The notes under the pieces are model-generated. The model had not been told where the DNA came from and did no database searches. It saw nothing but the letters and a program-made list of their open reading frames with translations. Position numbers and translations under genes: made by a program. Shown in pieces: positions 38,435-47,349 of a stretch of 64,000 nucleotides of DNA. The DNA is from an uncultured virus (IMG/VR IMGVR_UViG_3300017749_000003) (lineage: Duplodnaviria > Heunggongvirae > Uroviricota > Caudoviricetes). Each line of letters begins with the position of its first letter. Within the stretch, counting starts at the first letter, position 1. The DNA is taken from the IMG/VR virus record IMGVR_UViG_3300017749_000003. One strand, given 5' to 3'.

Positions 38435-41400
38435 ATGAATACAAGTCCAAAAATTAGGTTAAAGAGATCCTTAACTCAAGGGTCTATTCCTACTTTAGAC
38501 CAATTAACTTATGGTGAGTTAGCCATCAACCACTATGATGGCACGGTATTTGTTCGTCAAGATACTGAAGGTGTAGGTATTTCGACTAGAGTCGTTACAG
38601 TTGGTGCTGGAAAAAGTATTGGCAATACCTGGTTTGTTACTGGTAAAGGTGATGATTTAAATAGTGGTTTATCCCAACAAGATGCTTTAGCAAGTGTTAA
38701 ACAAGCATCCATATATGCTCAACCTGGTGATACTATCAAAGTAGCTGCGGGTTATTATGAAGAGAATAACCCAATTGTTCTTAAAGATAACGTATCTGTT
38801 GAGGGATTTGAATTAAGAAACTGCTTTATTGCACCAAATAATCCAAATAGAGATTTATTCCAAATTAATAATGCTTGCCACCTAACAGACTTGGCATTTG
38901 TTGGTAAAGGTGCTGATATTGGTGGTGGTTCAAAAGGTGTTCCTGAAGGAGGTTCTGCCCCAGGATTTCTTGGAGAACCGATGGATAAGGATAAGGCAGT
39001 TATTGCTTTCGTTCCTTTAGAAGGTGTTGCAGTAGATAGATATTTTGATGGTGCGAGATTGATCCGTCAAAATGCAGATTATATTGCTGGTGAAGCAGTT
39101 GGTTTCCTTACCAGTGGTTTTAGTGGTGTTGCTGGATCTCACAGAGCACAGGATGCTGCAAGACTTATTGATTTAAACGCAGAATATATTGCAGCAGAAG
39201 CAGTAGGATTTATCACTAGCATCAATTATGCTGGTGGTGCATTTACGATGTCATTCAGCACTGCCAGAAACTGTCAGGATGATATCCACGATCTTTTAGA
39301 AGTAGTAGCACATGATTTAAGATCAGGTTATAGAAATGGTACTCAAGCAAATAGTAAAACAGTAGGTGCCGCACAATCTTATTTTGTTGGTGGAGCACTA
39401 TCTCATATCCTAGGCATTGGTATTTCTGAGGCAACAATCGCAGCAATGACTCGTGCTGCTGGTATTGCAACATTCGTTATTAACAACAAACCATATAGTT
39501 TTGAAACAAAAGGAAGTGGTTCAACCGTTACTGGACTTGAGTATACACCAAATACTGGTGTTACGACAGTTACAACTCTAGTTGGTCATGGACTAAGCAA
39601 CACAGATCACGTTAGTCTGAACAATTTAGAATTTACATGTCCTGGTGGTTCTGGTATTACAACTACTACTTTCCCAGATGGAAGTAGTCCTTCTGGATTT
39701 ATCTACAAGATTGATTCATCTGCACTATTCAATAGTAACCAATTCGTTATCAACACAGGTATTTCTTCAATTCAACACACTTATGTTCCAAGTTCTGGTA
39801 CTGCTGTTACAACATTCCAGTACAGCACTTTTGAACAGCAATTCGATACTGGTGCTCTTGCAGGAACAACTCTTCGTGGTGAAAACGTTGTAGGTAATGG
39901 TATCTGTCTCAACGTCAACAATGACATCACTGAACTAGTTGGAATTGTAACTAGTGCAATTGGTGCAGGTAATACTGACAGTCTTCCTGGCATTACCACT
40001 GGCATCAGACTAGATCAGAATAAGTGTCGTCGTGATGTTGCAAAGATTTTGAAAGCTGTTTGCTATGACATCACCCGTGGTGGTAATACAAAAGTTGTTG
40101 GTGCTGGTAAATCATATTTTGATGAAAATGGTAATAGACTTTCTGCTCTTCTCGTCGATCCAGATGAATACGAGCAATCTGTTATTGCACTAGAATATTC
40201 AAAAGATGTAGCACGAAGAATTGTTAATAATGTGAGAGACGGATCTTATACAATTGGAACTGCATTTAACATCACTTCGGGAGAATATTCTAACACTTCG
40301 GGTATTATTACAGTAACAACTAATGTTGGTCATGGTTTAACTGATAAGGATACTGTTAAACTTGCTGGTCTTGGATTCAGTTGTGCTGCTCATAATAATG
40401 TAATTTCTATCACAGATTTCCAGTATGATAGACAATCAGGTTTCAGTACTATCTTTGTGGGTTCAGATCACGGATTAAGTTCTGGTGATGAATTTGAACT
40501 TCGTGGTATCAAGATGGACTGCGGTGATTCTGGTACTGGTCCTCTTGTTAATGTAAGTGCCGCAACATATGATGAAAATAATGGTTTTATTGAAATAACA
40601 ACTAGTGCAGCACATGGAGCATTTGCAGGAAAAACAGTACAAGTTAAAGATTTAGAATTTACCTGTCCTAGTTCTGGGATCGGACCAGTTGTTAATGTAG
40701 ATACAGCAGTATATGATGAATCTAGTGGCAATCTAACAGTCACTACTACTGGTGTCTCTGGTATTCACACTCTCAGGACTGTTCAAATCAAGAATCTAGA
40801 ATTTAGTTGTCCTGGTGGTTCTGGTATTACTACGACAATCTTCCCAGATGGAACAAGTAACTTCATTTCAGGGTATGGTCCAGATGTATTTAAAGTTACT
40901 GCAGTAAATTCAACGACCGAGTTTGTCGTTAATGTTGGACCTTCCACAATTGCACATACCTATGTTAGTGGTGGTACTGCACAAGCAGGTATTACAACTA
41001 CAATCTTCCCAGATGGAACAAGTAACTTTATTCGAGGTTATGGTCCAGATGTATTTACAGTTGTTCAAGTAGACTCACCAACTGTACTCAAACTTAGTGT
41101 TGGAGTATCTACAATTCCAACAACTTATGTTTCTGGTGGTACTTTACAAGCAGGTATAACCACATCAATTTATCCAGATGGTGTACAAGGTGGTGGTGAT
41201 GCTATCTTTGATGCTTATGTTGGTACTGGTGGAACAGTTGTCTATACGAATGTAGGTATTTCCACGATTGAACATACTTATAATTCTGGTGGTGAACTAC
41301 GAATTGGTGTTACTACATCTATCTTCCCAGACGGAACATTTGGTGATTGTTTTGAAGTTGAGTCATTCGTTACAGATAGGCAAGTAGCAATAAACGTTGG

Positions 41401-43180
41401 CATGTCAACTTTTGCTCATAGTATGGTAGAAGGTGGAACAATACAGAAGACAAGAAGATTTAGACCAGATATTGGTCAAATTAGAGATGTAAGTATTCAG
41501 ATTGATTCTGATACTGGCACTAATAATACTGTTGGTAACTGTAAGAATGTTATTTCTGCTGTAAATACTGCAGTTGGAATTTGCACTGCAATCATTGAAA
41601 ATGGATTCCAAGCACTTCAGGATCCAGCATACTTAGAAGTATCAACAGCAGCATATGTTGCAAGTAATGGAACACTTACATTAAATACAACAACAAATCA
41701 CAATCTTTCCAATGGTGATAAAATTAAGTTAAAAAATAATTCTATCGTATTTACTTGTGATTCTGATGGTGGAAATACTCAAATTGGATACCCAGATAAA
41801 ACCAGTCCAATTTTTGATAAGTTTATTCCAGTCACGGTTACTGGTGCTACCTCACTGACTGTTAATACAGGAGACGCTGGTACTGCATCAACACTAACTC
41901 ACAGTTTCGTTTCTGCTGGATCATCTGTAATCAACTACGGTGGTGTTGGAATTTCTACAAGATTCCCAGGTAATGGTGGTGCTGGATCCGACTTTATAAA
42001 TGATCCTTCATTCTCTCCTGGTACTGACGGTCCTGTCCTAAAAGGTCCATATGTCAGAAACTGCACCAACTTCATTGAAAATAGCATCGGTATGAGAATC
42101 GATGGTTTTGATGCTGATCCTGGTGATAAAGACGAACTGGGTGTACAGGGATCAATGAGTGTTGACTCATTCACCCAATACAATCAGGGTGGTATCGGAG
42201 TATCCATTACAAACGGTGCATATGCTCAGTTGGTGTCTATCTTTACCATTTGCTGTAACGAGGCAATTGTAACCCTTACAGGTGGTCAGTGTGACCTTAC
42301 AAACTCCAACTCATCCTTTGGTGAGTTTGGTCTAGTTTCTAAGGGTGTTGGTGATGAAAAATCCAGTTCTAACTATAGACAGACTGCTGAAGTCGTTAAG
42401 GCAGGTGATCCTGGAAGAACAGATGCTCAAGGTAGATATGATATTGGTGATAGAAGAGTTGTTCTGAGTGGTGTTGGTACACAAAGACCTTATGATGGTC
42501 AAACATTATTCTTTGATGAACTCTACTTCTCTGTAGAGAAAGTCAAGATTACTAATCCTGGTTCTGGATATCAGGGTGCTGTTCCAGGTGTTACATTCTC
42601 TGATCCAACGGGTCCAGATGGTATTACCGCACAAGGTATTCCCATTATCGAAGATGGACAAGTTGTTGATTTCTTAGTTGCCAACTCTGGTACTCAGTAT
42701 CAAAAAGATTCGTTCCCAGTAATCACAATTACACCACCAAATGATGGTGTAACGGCAACTGTCGAGGTTCAACGAATGCAACCACTCTACTTCAAGGTTG
42801 CATCTTCAACACTTCCCAGTGGCGGGATTGCAACTGTCACCATGAACCAAGGACTAAATAACAATTTAACGGGTGGTGAAATTGCCTACATAACTCGTCA
42901 GAGTTTGCAGATTACATCTTCACACTCATTTGAATATGTTGGTGCAGGAAACACAATCCTTACCGCAAGACCTTCAGTCGGAGGTATCATCATTCAAGAT
43001 AATGAAGTTGTTCAAGAGGACGGTGGTCTTGTAGTTTATACAAGTACCGACCAGGCAGGTAACTTCAGAATTGGTGATGGTATCCAAATTGACCAGGCAA
43101 CTGGAACGATCTCTGGTCGTGTTTATATTAAATCATTGTTCAACAGCGTCACACCCTTTATTCTAGCACTCGGAGGTTAA
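38435..43180 (+). CDS. large fibre/spike-like virion protein with split beta-helix and nested repeat domains
   Basis: IRLKRS...GELAIN N-terminus, GDD.NSG...GDTIKV..G.Y.E pectin-lyase-like start, C-terminal YTSTDQAGNFRIG; ATAAATA at 38386-38392. Confidence 0.8.
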   Translation: MNTSPKIRLKRSLTQGSIPTLDQLTYGELAINHYDGTVFVRQDTEGVGISTRVVTVGAGKSIGNTWFVTGKGDDLNSGLSQQDALASVKQASIYAQPGDTIKVAAGYYEENNPIVLKDNVSVEGFELRNCFIAPNNPNRDLFQINNACHLTDLAFVGKGADIGGGSKGVPEGGSAPGFLGEPMDKDKAVIAFVPLEGVAVDRYFDGARLIRQNADYIAGEAVGFLTSGFSGVAGSHRAQDAARLIDLNAEYIAAEAVGFITSINYAGGAFTMSFSTARNCQDDIHDLLEVVAHDLRSGYRNGTQANSKTVGAAQSYFVGGALSHILGIGISEATIAAMTRAAGIATFVINNKPYSFETKGSGSTVTGLEYTPNTGVTTVTTLVGHGLSNTDHVSLNNLEFTCPGGSGITTTTFPDGSSPSGFIYKIDSSALFNSNQFVINTGISSIQHTYVPSSGTAVTTFQYSTFEQQFDTGALAGTTLRGENVVGNGICLNVNNDITELVGIVTSAIGAGNTDSLPGITTGIRLDQNKCRRDVAKILKAVCYDITRGGNTKVVGAGKSYFDENGNRLSALLVDPDEYEQSVIALEYSKDVARRIVNNVRDGSYTIGTAFNITSGEYSNTSGIITVTTNVGHGLTDKDTVKLAGLGFSCAAHNNVISITDFQYDRQSGFSTIFVGSDHGLSSGDEFELRGIKMDCGDSGTGPLVNVSAATYDENNGFIEITTSAAHGAFAGKTVQVKDLEFTCPSSGIGPVVNVDTAVYDESSGNLTVTTTGVSGIHTLRTVQIKNLEFSCPGGSGITTTIFPDGTSNFISGYGPDVFKVTAVNSTTEFVVNVGPSTIAHTYVSGGTAQAGITTTIFPDGTSNFIRGYGPDVFTVVQVDSPTVLKLSVGVSTIPTTYVSGGTLQAGITTSIYPDGVQGGGDAIFDAYVGTGGTVVYTNVGISTIEHTYNSGGELRIGVTTSIFPDGTFGDCFEVESFVTDRQVAINVGMSTFAHSMVEGGTIQKTRRFRPDIGQIRDVSIQIDSDTGTNNTVGNCKNVISAVNTAVGICTAIIENGFQALQDPAYLEVSTAAYVASNGTLTLNTTTNHNLSNGDKIKLKNNSIVFTCDSDGGNTQIGYPDKTSPIFDKFIPVTVTGATSLTVNTGDAGTASTLTHSFVSAGSSVINYGGVGISTRFPGNGGAGSDFINDPSFSPGTDGPVLKGPYVRNCTNFIENSIGMRIDGFDADPGDKDELGVQGSMSVDSFTQYNQGGIGVSITNGAYAQLVSIFTICCNEAIVTLTGGQCDLTNSNSSFGEFGLVSKGVGDEKSSSNYRQTAEVVKAGDPGRTDAQGRYDIGDRRVVLSGVGTQRPYDGQTLFFDELYFSVEKVKITNPGSGYQGAVPGVTFSDPTGPDGITAQGIPIIEDGQVVDFLVANSGTQYQKDSFPVITITPPNDGVTATVEVQRMQPLYFKVASSTLPSGGIATVTMNQGLNNNLTGGEIAYITRQSLQITSSHSFEYVGAGNTILTARPSVGGIIIQDNEVVQEDGGLVVYTSTDQAGNFRIGDGIQIDQATGTISGRVYIKSLFNSVTPFILALGG
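40835..41057 (+). repeat. intragenic direct repeat
   Basis: ACAATCTTCCCAGATGGAACAAGTAACTT identical at 40835 and 41000, similarity continuing through TATGGTCCAGATGTATTTA; TGTCCTGGTGGTTCTGGTATTAC also shared by 39638 and 40808. Confidence 0.9.
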
Positions 43181-43183
43181 ATC

Positions 43184-43522
43184 ATGGCAGCAGTTGCAGT
43201 TAACAACTTTAGAACAGTTACTCATACAGTATCCACAGGTACAGCAACAGAAATTTATACTGCACCAACTGGTTATACATCAGTGTTTCTATTAATTCAG
43301 ATAACTAACACTGACATAGCAACAAAAACAATAAGTCTTTATCACAAAAGAGAGTCAACAGAAACAGCACTCTTAATAGATTACCCAGTCGCATCTAAAG
43401 ACAGTTTGAGTTTACTTAACGGTAAACTTGTACTACAAACGGGTGACAAATTGGCAATTAATGGTAGTGCATCAGGTGTATTAAAATTAGTTGCATCTGT
43501 TCTGGAGACATCCAACTTCTAA
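43184..43522 (+). CDS. small putative fibre-associated structural protein
   Basis: IYTAPTGYTS...KLVLQTGD...SVLET; GGAGG Shine-Dalgarno. Confidence 0.75.
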   Translation: MAAVAVNNFRTVTHTVSTGTATEIYTAPTGYTSVFLLIQITNTDIATKTISLYHKRESTETALLIDYPVASKDSLSLLNGKLVLQTGDKLAINGSASGVLKLVASVLETSNF

Positions 43523-43537
43523 TACGGTATCAAATCA

Positions 43538-45673
43538 ATGCAAGCACGTAAAAGGTTTTTTTCAGGTAGAGAAACATCTTTATCTCTGGGAATACAGGAT
43601 TTTTCCGCAAATGACACAGTTCTCGAAGTAACTGAGGGACGAGTTGGATTTGGTACAACTCAAGCTGCGTATCAACTCACCGTTAATGGTGATATGCAGT
43701 TACATAATTCACTATATGATTATACTAATAGTCCAGGAGAGCAAGGATTATCCTTAGTTTCTACAGGTTCTTCCGTTGTTTGGGGAACACCAGAAATTAC
43801 TTTTGGTGGTATTACCGTTCAAGAAGAAGGTGTTGTAGTTGGTAGTGCTGGCAGTGTTCAGATATTGAACTTTGTTGGTGATAGTGTTACTGCGGATTCT
43901 TTCCTAGGTATTGCAACCATTACAGTCGATCCATTTGATCCTGTTGGTGACAATACTTATGTTCAGTTTAATGATAATGGAAATTTTGGTGGTGCAGAAG
44001 GATTAGTATATAACACAACTCTGAAGAGAGTTGCAATTGGTGATACATTATTTGGATCAGAAACATTATATGTAACTGGCAATGTTGGAATTTCCAGTGA
44101 ACTTAATGTAGAAAAAGTATTTGTCTCAGATAAGTCACCCACCCAGGCAAACGAACTTGCCAGTAAAGAATACGTTGACCTCTTCGCAACTGCTGCACTT
44201 GTCATTCAGCAAGCAGTTTCTGCAGGTACAACACAAAATCTTGCTTCATCAGTATATCAAGATGGTCCAACTGCTGGTATTGGTAATAGTTTTCTAGGTA
44301 TTGGTGCATCTCTATATTCATCTGTAAATGGTATACTTACAGTTGATGGATTTACTCCAGTTGTTGACGATCGTATTCTTGTTAAAGATCAGACCAGTGG
44401 ATTACAAAATGGATTCTATGCAGTTAAAGATCCTGGAAGTGGATCTTCTCCATGGATTCTAGAAAGAACACAAGATTTCGACCAACCAGATGAAATCGTT
44501 GCTGGTGCGTTCACCTTCGTTACGAATGGTAATGAAAACCAAGCAAATGGTTTCGTGCTTATTGATATTCAACCAAAATTTGCTGCTGGTGGTTATGTTG
44601 GTCTCTCCGCACTTGAATTTACGCAGTTCTCTGCTGCTGGTCAGGTAGAAGCAGGTGATGGTCTGTATAAAGACGGATCTGTTATTAATGTTGGTACTGC
44701 AAATTCTGATCGTATCAGAGTCAATGCTGATGATATTGATCTAGCTGTAGTCTCAACTTCAAATACAGATACAGGCAGTGATAATGAAAAGTTCTTTATT
44801 ACCACTGTTCAGACTGATGGATATGGAAGAGTAACTGGTATTGCAAGTGATAAGCATCAATTTGCATCATATACAGATCATGGTGTTGTAAGACTTGATC
44901 CTCTTGCATTCCACATTAATCCAGTTTCTGGTATTATGAGTCAGGCGGTTTATACCAATATAACCAACCTGAATATGCCTCTTGGTAATAATATTGGTAT
45001 TGCAACTATCAATCTAATCAAAGGATGTGATATTGATACCAATGGTGATATCTTATCCATGAATAATGGTAATTTCCTTGGAATTGTTACTGCAAATTCA
45101 TTCTCTGGTGATGGTTCTGGATTGAGTAATATTGTCACTGGTGTTGGTCTTGCAACTGAAGGTGGTTTTGTTGGTAGTGGTGCAACAACCATCGATTTCA
45201 GAGGTCCTGGTGTTGGAGTAGTTACAATTGATCTTAATACTGGTATTGGTACTGTTAGGGTTGAAGGTGGTGCAAATGTAGATGAAGTTGGTAATGCAAA
45301 CCAAGTTCTTTATAAAGATAATAATAACGTTGCAACAACATCCGCAAACTTACAGTTCAACGGAACGAACTTAACTTGTGCTGGTCAAGTTACCGCAAAC
45401 TCTGACGAAAGACTCAAGGAAAACGTTGAGACAATCACAGATGCACTCGATAAGGTTCTTGATCTGCGTGGTGTATTCTTCAATAGAATAGGTAATCCAG
45501 AACGTCAGATTGGTGTAATTGCACAAGAAGTTGAGAAGGTTATTCCTGAAGTAGTTCTTGAGGCAGGTGATGGAGTTAAATCCGTTGCATACCAGAATAT
45601 AGTTGCTCTCCTAATTGAGGCAATCAAAGATCAGCAACTTCAAATTGATGAACTTAAAAGGAAACTCAACTAA
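43538..45673 (+). CDS. tail fibre protein with C-terminal intramolecular chaperone (peptidase S74)
   Basis: RILVKDQ...NGFY domain; SDERLKENV...IGVIAQEVEKVIPEVV...V.Y..IVALLIEAIK plus coiled coil. Confidence 0.88.
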   Translation: MQARKRFFSGRETSLSLGIQDFSANDTVLEVTEGRVGFGTTQAAYQLTVNGDMQLHNSLYDYTNSPGEQGLSLVSTGSSVVWGTPEITFGGITVQEEGVVVGSAGSVQILNFVGDSVTADSFLGIATITVDPFDPVGDNTYVQFNDNGNFGGAEGLVYNTTLKRVAIGDTLFGSETLYVTGNVGISSELNVEKVFVSDKSPTQANELASKEYVDLFATAALVIQQAVSAGTTQNLASSVYQDGPTAGIGNSFLGIGASLYSSVNGILTVDGFTPVVDDRILVKDQTSGLQNGFYAVKDPGSGSSPWILERTQDFDQPDEIVAGAFTFVTNGNENQANGFVLIDIQPKFAAGGYVGLSALEFTQFSAAGQVEAGDGLYKDGSVINVGTANSDRIRVNADDIDLAVVSTSNTDTGSDNEKFFITTVQTDGYGRVTGIASDKHQFASYTDHGVVRLDPLAFHINPVSGIMSQAVYTNITNLNMPLGNNIGIATINLIKGCDIDTNGDILSMNNGNFLGIVTANSFSGDGSGLSNIVTGVGLATEGGFVGSGATTIDFRGPGVGVVTIDLNTGIGTVRVEGGANVDEVGNANQVLYKDNNNVATTSANLQFNGTNLTCAGQVTANSDERLKENVETITDALDKVLDLRGVFFNRIGNPERQIGVIAQEVEKVIPEVVLEAGDGVKSVAYQNIVALLIEAIKDQQLQIDELKRKLN

Positions 45674-45698
45674 ATAATTTCACTAAGTCATAAACATC

Positions 45699-47342
45699 AT
45701 GGCAAAGACCTGCAAACCAGGATATTACTGGTGCTATACCAGTAAGAAATGTAAAAAAATTCCTCTTGGTTGGCATGTAGGTCGTGGTGGCGTACTTGGA
45801 AAGGATGATGAAGATAATACAAACGATAATGAAAATGGTGAATCTTCTGAAGGTGGTGGTGAAAATGGTGGCGGGGTGAGTGAAGGAAATCTTCGTAAAT
45901 GGTTCAAAGGATCTAAATCTAAAGATGGAAAAAGTGGATGGGTCAATGTAGTTACAGGTGGAACCTGTGCTAGTGATGAACCAGGTGAAGGAACTCCAAA
46001 GTGCGTTTCTTCATCAAAACGTTCTAGTATGAGTAAGAAAGAAAGACTTTCTGCTGCTAGAAGAAAGAAAGCAGCAGATCCTGGTCAACAATCAAAATCT
46101 GGTGCTGCTAAACCAACTTATGTTGCAACAGATAAAAAAGAAGAAGTAGAAATTACTGATGCATACGGTGAACCATTCGCAGTAATTAACGATCTTATTG
46201 AGAAGGAACCAATGAAATCAAACGCACCCGATATTGAGAGTTATGAAACCTATGATATCGAAGCAATGACAGAAGGAAAAGATAAAAAAGGAAAGGGTAG
46301 TGGCACAAAAGATGCTTGCTATCATAAGGTCAAGTCTCGTTATTCTGTATGGCCTTCTGCATATGCATCAGGTGCTTTAGTTAAGTGCCGTAAGAAAGGT
46401 GCTGCCAATTGGGGAAATAGTACTAAAGAAGAATTTTCTGACTGGAGATCTGAAGTTTTTAGTGAAGGTGCAATGCCTGCAGCAATTGACCCCAAAGCAC
46501 ATAGAGGTCAACAACGTGCTGCAAAGGTAAGGAATCTTGCCACGAAAGGTTCTACCGAAGGAGAAAGATCAGCAGCAAAAGGTAAAACCAAGGGACCCGA
46601 TCTATTTGGTGAAGCTTGCTGGGCTGGATATGAAAAGAAAGGTATGAAGACAATGTTTGGAAAGAAATATCCAAACTGTGTTAAGAAAAAGAAGACAAGA
46701 AAAGAAGAAGTGGAACTTGATGAAAAATGTTGGGATTCACATAAGCAAGTTGGTATGAAAAAGAAGGGTGGCAAGATGGTCCCCAATTGCGTTCCTAAGA
46801 ATGAAGAAGTTGAACCAAAAGAAGTTTGCCCATACTGCAGTTGTGATCCCTGTGAATGTGAAGGTGTAGCAATTGAAGAGGCAGTAAGAGTTCCTGCAAA
46901 AACTGGTAACATTCTGTCCGTCATGGTTACATGGAGAGGTAAAGGATATTCTATCAAGATATTCTTCCCACAAGCAAAGAGACCTACCAGGCAGGAAGTT
47001 GAACTCGAAGTTCAAAAGATCTATCCTGGTGGTAGAGTAAGATATATGGAAATTGCGGATGTCAAACCTGGTGAGCAATTCCTGCAGGTTTCTGAGGGTG
47101 CTGCATGGACTAAGAAGTCTGGTAAGAACAAAGAAGGTGGTCTCAATGAAAAAGGACGCAAGTCTTATGAAAGAGAGAACCCTGGTTCTGATCTAAAAGC
47201 ACCTTCTAAGAAGAAAGGTAATAAGAGAAGAGCATCATTCTGTGCAAGAATGAAAGGTATGAAGGCAAAACTAACTTCTGCCAAGACTGCTAGAGATCCT
47301 GATAGCAGAATTAATAAAAGTTTGAGAGCTTGGAATTGCTGA
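45699..47342 (+). CDS. modular Lys/Cys-rich late protein, possible head-internal polyprotein
   Basis: Short basic modules (WPSAYASG, two CW...GMK...PNCV copies, RRASFCARM) separated by acidic linkers; CTAAATA at 45670-45676. Confidence 0.75.
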   Translation: MAKTCKPGYYWCYTSKKCKKIPLGWHVGRGGVLGKDDEDNTNDNENGESSEGGGENGGGVSEGNLRKWFKGSKSKDGKSGWVNVVTGGTCASDEPGEGTPKCVSSSKRSSMSKKERLSAARRKKAADPGQQSKSGAAKPTYVATDKKEEVEITDAYGEPFAVINDLIEKEPMKSNAPDIESYETYDIEAMTEGKDKKGKGSGTKDACYHKVKSRYSVWPSAYASGALVKCRKKGAANWGNSTKEEFSDWRSEVFSEGAMPAAIDPKAHRGQQRAAKVRNLATKGSTEGERSAAKGKTKGPDLFGEACWAGYEKKGMKTMFGKKYPNCVKKKKTRKEEVELDEKCWDSHKQVGMKKKGGKMVPNCVPKNEEVEPKEVCPYCSCDPCECEGVAIEEAVRVPAKTGNILSVMVTWRGKGYSIKIFFPQAKRPTRQEVELEVQKIYPGGRVRYMEIADVKPGEQFLQVSEGAAWTKKSGKNKEGGLNEKGRKSYERENPGSDLKAPSKKKGNKRRASFCARMKGMKAKLTSAKTARDPDSRINKSLRAWNC

Positions 47343-47349
47343 TTGATTT

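Noticed and set aside
40835..41057. DGR template/variable repeat pair
   Set aside because: Both copies are in frame in the same gene, differences are not restricted to adenines, and no reverse transcriptase lies in the window
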